This document shows positions 56,938-64,000 of a stretch of DNA of 64,000 nucleotides, piece by piece (position 1 is the first letter of the stretch; each line of letters opens with the position of its first letter). The notes below the pieces were generated by a model. It was given only the letters and a program-made list of their open reading frames with translations. It did no database searches and had not been told where the DNA came from. The DNA is taken from the NCBI GenBank assembly GCA_965207735.1, contig OZ242296.1, positions 4,352,001 to 4,416,000 of the forward strand. The letters run 5' to 3'. The DNA comes from Candidatus Versatilivorator sp. Its GTDB lineage: Bacteria > Acidobacteriota > Terriglobia > Versatilivoradales > Versatilivoraceae. The position numbers and the translations under genes were made by a program.

Positions 56938-57939
56938 CTAATACCACTTGGCCTTGTCCACCAGGTTGCGCAGGGGCCTGCCCTCGGCGAAACGGCGCAC
57001 GTTGTCCAGCAGAACCGCCAAGTGGCGTTCGGCGATTCTGGGGGTAGCCGCGGCCACGTGCGGCGTGATGATTACGTTGTCCATCTTCCAGAGCGGATGG
57101 TCCGGGGGGAGGGGCTCAGTCTCGAAGACATCCAGTCCGGCCCCCGCGATATCGCCCGCCTGAAGCGCTTCGGTCAGATCGGCCAAGTCTACGATCATCC
57201 CACGGCCGATGTTGATGAAGTAGGCTTCCGGCTTCATTTGTTGAAATAGCGGACGGCGGAACAGCTTCTCGGTCTCCGGCGTGTGTGGGGCCGCAACCAC
57301 CACGAAATCGCTGGCGGAGAGCAGGTCGGGCAGTCGGTCCGGCCTCCACAGAGCCTCCACCCCATCCAGAGCCTGCTGTTGCTGCGGATCCACGGCCAGC
57401 ACCCGCATCCCGAAGGCCAGTCCTCGCCGGGCGATTTCGGAGCCGATGCTACCCAGACCGACGATTCCCAGGGTTGAATCCGGAAGATGCCGGTGGGCGC
57501 GGTCCATGCCGCTGACCCTCGAGGGTCCCAGGACAAAACCCGAGCGTTCGGCCTCTCCGCCCGCCGCTTCCCAGTGAGACCGGAGCTGCTGCCGGAGGTA
57601 CAGGGGGAAATTGCGGGCGAAGCAGATGATGTAGCCGAAGACGTGGTCGGCAATGACATCGGCATAGATCCCGCGCATGTTGGTGAGCCGGCAGGGGTGG
57701 TCCGCCAGCGCCGGGAACATGTAGTGCTCCAGGCTGGCGGTGGGAGACTGCACCCAACTCAGCCGGCCTGCCGCCGCCAGCAGTGAGGGCGTGAGCTTTC
57801 CGAAAAAGGCGTCAGCGTCGGCGATCTCCCGCAGAGCCGCTTCCTCCCCGTCGACGTTCACCACCGACATGGGCCGGGCGGCCTCCACGATCTTCCGGAG
57901 CCGTTCCGATTCAACCGCCGGAAAAATCAGAATCTTCAT
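56938..57939 (-). CDS. D-2-hydroxyacid dehydrogenase (NAD-binding)
   Basis: TLGIVGLGSIG, SDFVV...P.TPET, MK..AYFINIGRG, GAGLDVFE.EPLP.DHPLW..NVIITPH. Confidence 0.92.
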   Translation of the reverse strand: MKILIFPAVESERLRKIVEAARPMSVVNVDGEEAALREIADADAFFGKLTPSLLAAAGRLSWVQSPTASLEHYMFPALADHPCRLTNMRGIYADVIADHVFGYIICFARNFPLYLRQQLRSHWEAAGGEAERSGFVLGPSRVSGMDRAHRHLPDSTLGIVGLGSIGSEIARRGLAFGMRVLAVDPQQQQALDGVEALWRPDRLPDLLSASDFVVVAAPHTPETEKLFRRPLFQQMKPEAYFINIGRGMIVDLADLTEALQAGDIAGAGLDVFETEPLPPDHPLWKMDNVIITPHVAAATPRIAERHLAVLLDNVRRFAEGRPLRNLVDKAKWY

Positions 57940-58015
57940 GACGGCACCTCAGCGTCACCTTCCCAAAACCTGCCTGAATGTGGAGCCGTGTCTATTGACT
58001 CGGACAACCCGGTCC

Positions 58016-59305
58016 TCACACCGACCAGGGCTCCCGATACTCCTTGGTCAGCATGGCGTTGGCTTCGGGGTCGTTGAGAATGGTTTCGGTTTCGGGATCG
58101 AGGTGAAGCACCCGCTGGGTCAGGTAGGCGATGTCGCCCAGATGGCTGAGCGCGCAGGAGAGATGGGCCACCTCGGCCGAGGCGTTGGGCTGCTTGCGGG
58201 AACGCACGCAGTCCAGGAAATTGGCAAAATGCTCCTCCTTGCCGATGCCGCCGCGCATGCCCGGCCCCTTTTCCTCTTTTTTGCCCAGGTAGACCTGAAA
58301 GTAGCCGCGCCGCGAGAAGATCATGAAGCCCTCGGTGCCGTAGAAGGCGTTGCCGCTGTCGAAGCCGTAGCCTCCGTAGGGCGTCCAGCCGCGGTCCTCG
58401 TAGAGCAGCACCTTGTCGTCCGGATATTGATAGGCCACCATCATGTTGTCGGGGTACTCCCGCACACCTTCCAGGTCGATGCGGCTGCCGTGGGCGGTAA
58501 TCCTGACGGGCAGGCCCTTGGGATTCAGCCCGAAACGGGCCATGTCCAGGTCGTGGCTGCCGTCGTTGCCGATGTCGCCGTTGCCGTAGTCCCGGTGCCA
58601 CTGCCAATAGTTGTGAAAGCGATTGGCGTTGAAGGGCCGCTTGGGAGCCGGACCCAGCCACAGGTCGTAGTCCACCCCGGGCGGGACCGGACCGTCCGGA
58701 ACCGGGGTGCGGTGCCTGTGGCGCTGCAGGTTCCAGGCCTTCGACATCTTGACTTCCCCGATCACCCCCGCCTTCAACAACTCCCCGGCCTTGAGCGTCA
58801 CCGGGCTCGAGCGCATCTGGGTGCCCTGCTGCACAACGCGGCCGTGCTTCCTGGCCGTGTCCAGTATCACCCGTCCCTCCCGAAACACGTGGCTGGCCGG
58901 TTTCTCCACGTAGAGATCCTTGCCCGCCTGCAGCGCCCGAACGGCAATGGGCGCATGCCAGTGGTGAGGGGTAGCAATCACCATGGCATCGATGGCGGGG
59001 TCATCCAGCAGATGGCGAAAATCGACGACTACCCTGGGCTTCCGCCCGGTGGCCTGCTTGACGGTCTCGGCCGCGCGCTGCCGGAACTCCCGGTCCACGT
59101 CGCAGACCGCCAGGCAGTCCGTATCCGGCCGCGCCAGGATGCGCTTCAGATGGCTGTTACCGATCCCCCGCAGTCCGATGACGGCCATCCCCAAGCGGTC
59201 GTTGGCGGACCAGGCCCGACGGGCCGTCAACACCGGGCCCAGCGCTCCCAGCGCCGCCCCACGGGCCGACCGGGATAAGAAGGTCCTTCGGGTGAGAGGA
59301 TTCAC
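58016..59305 (-). CDS. Gfo/Idh/MocA oxidoreductase, Tat-exported
   Basis: TRRTFL; SANDRL..AVIG, IATPHHWHA, GKD.YVEKP, QGTQMRS, DYDLWLGPAP, GD.GN.G.H.LD. Confidence 0.92.
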   Translation of the reverse strand: MNPLTRRTFLSRSARGAALGALGPVLTARRAWSANDRLGMAVIGLRGIGNSHLKRILARPDTDCLAVCDVDREFRQRAAETVKQATGRKPRVVVDFRHLLDDPAIDAMVIATPHHWHAPIAVRALQAGKDLYVEKPASHVFREGRVILDTARKHGRVVQQGTQMRSSPVTLKAGELLKAGVIGEVKMSKAWNLQRHRHRTPVPDGPVPPGVDYDLWLGPAPKRPFNANRFHNYWQWHRDYGNGDIGNDGSHDLDMARFGLNPKGLPVRITAHGSRIDLEGVREYPDNMMVAYQYPDDKVLLYEDRGWTPYGGYGFDSGNAFYGTEGFMIFSRRGYFQVYLGKKEEKGPGMRGGIGKEEHFANFLDCVRSRKQPNASAEVAHLSCALSHLGDIAYLTQRVLHLDPETETILNDPEANAMLTKEYREPWSV

Positions 59306-59357
59306 GACAATCTCTCCTTGAAATCGTTGTCTCCCGCCGCGATGCGGTTAACGCCGT

Positions 59358-60428
59358 TCAGACCTCCGCTTCCACCTTGCGGATCATCTCGTTCAGATTG
59401 CGGTAGTTGATCTTCATGGCCTCTACGCGGGAGCCGCTGGGGGGGCGGAAGTGTGTGGCCAGGGAGAGGAAGACGTCGCAGCCGTGGTCGCGCATGCCGC
59501 GCAGAATGGTGAGGTAGTCCACGTCGCCGTCGCCGAGCGGACGGTATTCGAATTTGAGCTTGCGGCCGTCGAGCACGTGCAGGTCCTTGAGGTGAAGCCC
59601 GTGGAGATAGGGCCGAATGTTCGCGAAGCCGGCGGTGGCCACGTCCCACTCGCCGCAGTTCCAGCAGTCGGCCGGCCCCCACATCACCGTGAGGCGGCGG
59701 GAGCCCACCCGCTCCACCAGGCTGCGGAAGTTGCCGGTGGTGTTGGTGTAGTTCCAGGGCATCATGGAGAGGGCCACGTCCACCTGGTAGCGCTCGGCCT
59801 CCTCCGCCACCAGGGTGAAGGCCTTCACCAGCTTCTCCATGTCCACCTCGGCGATGACCCCGCCCCGGGTGAGCCAGCGCATAGGCCAGGTGGGTTTGCC
59901 GCTGGAGTACTCGCCCGGCCAGGCGAAGGTGAAGGCGCCCACGGCGCCCACGCCGATGCGGGAGGCGATCTGCATGGAGCGAACCAGGTGCTGGAAGTCC
60001 TTTTTGAACCCCTGGTGATCCGCCATGGTCTTGAGATCCAGGTCGGTCAGGTGAATGTGCTTGAAGGGATTGCCGGCGTTGAACAGAAAGATCTCGAGGC
60101 CGTGCCGCTCCACCCGCTGGGCCATGCGGTCGGCGGCCGCGTCGCTCATTTCAGCCACGGGGGTCTCGTTGAGCAGGCGATTGAACCAGACGTAGTCCAC
60201 GCCGACCTCCTTGGCCTGGGCCAGTTCCTGGTCAAAGGGAAGCCTCAACTCCGGCGTGTACATGGCCAGCCGGAAACGGTGTCCGGTGCCGGCCTTTTCA
60301 GGCGATCCAGCGGCCCTGCCGGGGGCCGCGCCGGCCCGGGCCTGACCGGCTCCCGCAGTCACTAGAGCACCGGCAGCCATGCCCAGGCCGGCGCGTTCGA
60401 TGGTGGTCAGAAATTCTCGTCGTCTCAT
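59358..60428 (-). CDS. Xylose-isomerase-like TIM barrel protein, Tat-exported
   Basis: MRRREFL; HLKD, PLG.G.VDY..IL..., L.THF. Confidence 0.82.
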   Translation of the reverse strand: MRRREFLTTIERAGLGMAAGALVTAGAGQARAGAAPGRAAGSPEKAGTGHRFRLAMYTPELRLPFDQELAQAKEVGVDYVWFNRLLNETPVAEMSDAAADRMAQRVERHGLEIFLFNAGNPFKHIHLTDLDLKTMADHQGFKKDFQHLVRSMQIASRIGVGAVGAFTFAWPGEYSSGKPTWPMRWLTRGGVIAEVDMEKLVKAFTLVAEEAERYQVDVALSMMPWNYTNTTGNFRSLVERVGSRRLTVMWGPADCWNCGEWDVATAGFANIRPYLHGLHLKDLHVLDGRKLKFEYRPLGDGDVDYLTILRGMRDHGCDVFLSLATHFRPPSGSRVEAMKINYRNLNEMIRKVEAEV

Positions 60429-60459
60429 CTCATCTCTCCTTCCAGCGGGGATTCCCAGA

Positions 60460-61770
60460 CTACAAGCCTTCCACGGTCCAGGGTTCCCGGTAGGTCTTGG
60501 TCAACATGGCGTCGGCCCTGGCATTGTTGGTGAAGCTCTCGCTCTTCGGATCGAATTGCAGCACCTGAGAGAGCCGGAAGGCGATCTCCCCCAGATGGAT
60601 CAGGGCGCAGGAAAGGTGGGCTTCCCCGGCGGGAGCGGTGGGGCGGGAGCGGTCGCGCACGCACTGGAGAAACTGGGCCATGTTCTGACGACCGGTCTCA
60701 GACAGGCTCCCTTCCTTCATGCCCTCTCCCTTGCGCTCTTTCTTGCCCATATAGACCTGAAAATATCCTCGCCTCGAGAGCACCATGTACCCCTCGGTCC
60801 CGTAGAAGGTGTTGCCGCTGTCATACCCATGGAGTCCGTAAGGCGTCCAGAGGCGCTCTTCATAGAGGAGCACCTTGCCTTCCTCGTACTGGTAGGCCAC
60901 CATCATGTTGTCCGGGTATTCCCGCGCCCCCGCCAGGGCTATTCGGCTTCCGTGGGCGGTAATGCGCTCGGGGTGAGTCTTGACCCCCAGCGCCCAGCGG
61001 GCAAGGTCCAGATCGTGGGCCCCGTCGTCACCGATGTCCCCGTTGCTGTAGTCGCGGAAGAGTCTCCAGTTTCGATGGAATCGATTGGGGTTGAAGGGGC
61101 GGCGGGGGGCCGGACCCAGCCACATCTCGTAGTCGACTCCCTCGGGAACCGGCCCATCGGCCACCTCCGGGCGCTCGATCTGCCGCTGCACGTTCCAGGC
61201 CTTGGTCGTCTTGATCTCGCCCAGGGTCCCCGAAGCCAGGATCTCGCCGGCACGGGCCAGCAGCGGGCTGGCGCGCATCTGGGTTCCGTGCTGAAAGATC
61301 CGCTGGTATTTCCGTTCGGCCTCGACCAGAAGCTGACCCTCCCGAAAGACGTGGCTGGCGGCCTTTTCCACGTAGACGTCCTTGCCCGCCTTCATGGCCC
61401 GCAGGGCAATGGGGGCGTGCCAGTGGTGAGGGGTGGCGATAACGACCGCCTCGATCGAGGGGTCGGCCAGGACCTGGCGGAAGTCGCCTTCCAGCTTGGG
61501 CGTTTGGCCGGTCGCATTCTTGACCGTCTCACTTGCCTTCTGCAGGACCGCCGGGTCCACGTCGCACAGGGTCACAATGTGGGCATCGGTCCGGTTGGCC
61601 AGGGTCCTGACGTGAAAGTGGCCCATGCCGTTCATGCCGATGACGGCCACGTTCACCTTCTGGTTGGGCGAGGCGGAGCTGGACCGGATTGCCAGAGTAC
61701 CCATCATTCCCAGAGCGGCCGATCCTCCCAGGGAATAGGACAGGATCCTACGACGAGAAATCGATTTCAT
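60460..61770 (-). CDS. Gfo/Idh/MocA oxidoreductase, Tat-exported (paralogue of 58016..59305)
   Basis: SRRRIL; IATPHHWHAPIA, GKDVYVEK, HVFREG, AWN.QR, WLGPAP.RPFN.NRFH, REYPDNMMVAYQY, LTK.YREPW.V shared with the paralogue. Confidence 0.92.
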   Translation of the reverse strand: MKSISRRRILSYSLGGSAALGMMGTLAIRSSSASPNQKVNVAVIGMNGMGHFHVRTLANRTDAHIVTLCDVDPAVLQKASETVKNATGQTPKLEGDFRQVLADPSIEAVVIATPHHWHAPIALRAMKAGKDVYVEKAASHVFREGQLLVEAERKYQRIFQHGTQMRASPLLARAGEILASGTLGEIKTTKAWNVQRQIERPEVADGPVPEGVDYEMWLGPAPRRPFNPNRFHRNWRLFRDYSNGDIGDDGAHDLDLARWALGVKTHPERITAHGSRIALAGAREYPDNMMVAYQYEEGKVLLYEERLWTPYGLHGYDSGNTFYGTEGYMVLSRRGYFQVYMGKKERKGEGMKEGSLSETGRQNMAQFLQCVRDRSRPTAPAGEAHLSCALIHLGEIAFRLSQVLQFDPKSESFTNNARADAMLTKTYREPWTVEGL

Positions 61771-61858
61771 GTCTTGTATCTCCGTTGCCGCTGGTCGGCG
61801 GGTGCACCCTACATGCCCCCGCCTGGGTCGGACTCCGTTGGCTCCCGCGGCCTGTCGC

Positions 61859-63166
61859 TCAGTCCTGCAGCCTGTGGTCGGAGCTTTCGGGCGCGAAGAA
61901 GATCACGACGATCCCGACCGCGTAGATGAAACTGGTCACCCTTCCGATGCGGGCGTAGTCCCCGTCGAAGTGAGCAATCAGCCATCCGGCCAACAATACG
62001 GCTACCGCCGTCAGAATGCGACCGAAATTGAAGCTGACCCCGGAGCCGGTGGAGCGAGCCGCGGTGGGAAAAAGCTCCGGAAGGAACAGCGGCAACCATC
62101 CGAAGTAGACCCCGGAGAAAAATCCCAGGGCCGAGGCCCAAATCAGGAAGCTGTCATCGACGGGAGTGAGCAACCAGAACATGTACTGACTGGAAAACAG
62201 AGCTCCCAGACTCATCAGGAAATAGGTGCGGCGGCGGCCGACCAGGCTGGCGATGACGCCCCCCAGGAGGCTGCCGATCGTCCCTGTCAGGGATCGGTAG
62301 AACTGAACCCAGGACTTCAGAAATGGGTCGGGCGGATCGGCCGCCGCGCCGGCCTCGCCCGCCCAGGGAATCATCCAGTTGGAGGCGCCCCATCCCCCCA
62401 GCAAGGGAACCGTCCCCAAGGCGATCCCGATCAAGGTCAGACTTCGCAGAGGCGGCCGGAAGACCTCGGCGGTGGCTTTGGATTGCTTTTCTCCAGCGGG
62501 TCGGGGAGCGTCTCGTTGCGCCAACCAGCGGGGTGACTCCGGAACCGCGGCCAGAACGAACAGACCCAAAACGACGGGCGCTGCTCCCACCACCATCACC
62601 CATCGCCAGGTGTCGGGGGTGATTTCGACTCCCGTGGCGGTCCAGGCCATCAGGAGCAGGCCCACGTTGGCCGCCGTCCCCATGATGCCCGCCAGGATCG
62701 GTCGTGAGAGATCGGACCAGGCCTCCGAGACAATGGCCACGCCATTGGGCCACATGCCCCCGATGCCCAGGCAGGTCAAAAATCGTATGACCAGCAACTC
62801 GAAGGGACTTTGAGCCCACCAGGCCAGACCGGAAAAAATGGAGAGGCACAGAATGCTCCACCCCATGGCCCTGACACGGCCGAACCGGTCTCCCAGCCGC
62901 CCGAAAAGCCACCCCCCGGCAGCGGCGCCAAAGAGAAAGGCGCATACATACCAGGCGAACCACTTTCCGACCAGAGCCTCGTTGGTCGACTGGAGCAGGT
63001 CGATGGCCGCCGAACGCATGGCCAGGGCGGTGATGGACATCTGCACCCCGGCGAACATCCATCCCAGAAAGGCAGTCACCACGATCAGGTAGCGGCCGGC
63101 GGCGGATAGCGGCTGGGGAGCAGGACCCGGCAGTCCCGCTGCTGAAATATCCGGCTTGGTTGTCAC
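61859..63166 (-). CDS. MFS transporter
   Basis: FG.LGDRFGRVRAM, GIGG.WP.G.A.VSE.W, VPESPRW, LPELFPT..R.TG.G.SFN.GR. Confidence 0.9.
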   Translation of the reverse strand: MTTKPDISAAGLPGPAPQPLSAAGRYLIVVTAFLGWMFAGVQMSITALAMRSAAIDLLQSTNEALVGKWFAWYVCAFLFGAAAGGWLFGRLGDRFGRVRAMGWSILCLSIFSGLAWWAQSPFELLVIRFLTCLGIGGMWPNGVAIVSEAWSDLSRPILAGIMGTAANVGLLLMAWTATGVEITPDTWRWVMVVGAAPVVLGLFVLAAVPESPRWLAQRDAPRPAGEKQSKATAEVFRPPLRSLTLIGIALGTVPLLGGWGASNWMIPWAGEAGAAADPPDPFLKSWVQFYRSLTGTIGSLLGGVIASLVGRRRTYFLMSLGALFSSQYMFWLLTPVDDSFLIWASALGFFSGVYFGWLPLFLPELFPTAARSTGSGVSFNFGRILTAVAVLLAGWLIAHFDGDYARIGRVTSFIYAVGIVVIFFAPESSDHRLQD

Positions 63167-63177
63167 CCGATTCCCTC

Positions 63178-63284
63178 GATTGTGGATTGTAGATTGTGGA
63201 TTGTAGATTGTGGATTTCGGATTTAGGGCAACAACAGTTGCGAAAATTCTCCAATCAACAATCAGAAATCAACAATTCAAAATC
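63178..63284. repeat. Heptamer-repeat palindromic intergenic element (copy 2)
   Basis: (GATTGTG/GATTGTA)n ... AATCAACAATCAGAAATCAACAATTCAAAATC; its reverse complement aligns with 18338-18420. Confidence 0.7.
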
Positions 63285-63311
63285 AGACCCTTCGTGTATA
63301 TCTCTTTTTTG

Positions 63312-63722
63312 CTACAGCTTGACTCCCCGCCATTCGCCTTTGTCTGCGGTCACGTCCACCACGTTGCCGTCGGGGTCTTCGATCTTGAAGGCGCGATCGG
63401 GCAGCCGGCGTCGGTCCAGATCGATGCGCTCCTTGACGGTCTTGGAGGCCTCGGCGCCCCATTGGCGGCAGCGCTGCCAGGCGGCCTCCAGGTCCTCCAC
63501 CATGACGCCGAAGTGCACATACTCGTTGCCCTCCTCGATGCGGGGTCGATCGCAGTCGGCGGGCTGTTGAATCAGAGTGATGTTGGTCACGCCGTCGGTC
63601 AGGTCCATGCCCAGCCGGCTGGGCCGATAGCCGATGAATTTCCACCCGAAGACACTTTCGTAGAAGCGACGGGACTCCTCCATGTTACGGCAGCGGAGAG
63701 CCAGATGACGTATTCGAGCCAT
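63312..63722 (-). CDS. VOC/glyoxalase family protein
   Basis: IRHLAL...ME.S.RFY..VFG, HFG..V.DLE, K..DPDGN.VD. Confidence 0.88.
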   Translation of the reverse strand: MARIRHLALRCRNMEESRRFYESVFGWKFIGYRPSRLGMDLTDGVTNITLIQQPADCDRPRIEEGNEYVHFGVMVEDLEAAWQRCRQWGAEASKTVKERIDLDRRRLPDRAFKIEDPDGNVVDVTADKGEWRGVKL

Positions 63723-63802
63723 GATATGCCTCCTGAATCAGTCTCTTCGTGGTCCGTCTTGGATATCTTTTCCGCAGTTTGTGGGTCCGAGACACTGACG
63801 CC

Positions 63803-64000
63803 CTAAATCAGCTCCTCGATTGGCCTTCCGGTGGTGTCGTCGAAGGAGTTGGCGATCTTGATGGGCCGGCCCACCGGGGTCATGTACTCCTTGGTCCAGT
63901 CTATGCCCATGGCCTTGTAGATGGTGGCGAAAACGTCTCCCACCGAGATCGGACGCTCAGCCACGTATCCGCCCCTCTCGTCGCTGGCTCCGATGACCTG
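63803..64000 (-). CDS. DUF1501-like protein, C-terminal part (gene starts beyond window)
   Basis: Minus strand reads QVIGASDERGGYVAERPISVGDVFATIYKAMGIDWTKEYMTPVGRPIKIANSFDDTTGRPIEELI*, the usual DUF1501 C-terminal pattern. Confidence 0.75.
   Translation of the reverse strand, partial: QVIGASDERGGYVAERPISVGDVFATIYKAMGIDWTKEYMTPVGRPIKIANSFDDTTGRPIEELI

Overview
GC-rich bacterial chromosomal segment. The gene content (DUF1501 and DUF1549/DUF1553 cytochrome genes, TPR protein, many Tat-exported Gfo/Idh/MocA and TIM-barrel enzymes) suggests an Acidobacteriota/Planctomycetota-like organism; this is inference. Most of the window is housekeeping, transport and catabolic genes: rtcB 3' end, an RpoD-type sigma factor, gdhA, a K+ channel, copA, a Lol/MacB-like ABC operon, hydantoinase/oxoprolinase A/B, SSS and MFS transporters. 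The most striking part is 8.4-14.2 kb, a nested mobile-element hotspot. A ~180-bp tandem repeat array there is interrupted by a 1487-bp DDE IS and by an IS1380-family element. An 869-nt ORF-less group II intron sits exactly inside the right terminal inverted repeat (TIR) of that IS1380, and the intron's EBS1 loop is complementary to the TIR sequence. A 162-bp MITE with the same TIRs lies 1.3 kb downstream. An identical second copy of the 1487-bp IS disrupts the hydantoinase A gene. Other items are a candidate 6S-like structured RNA upstream of the sigma factor, an SBP/output-less HAMP/OFA-MFS operon, several palindromic repeat families, and a decayed integrase island with two covarying structured repeats. 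All protein calls come from motif recognition by eye; no database search was run.
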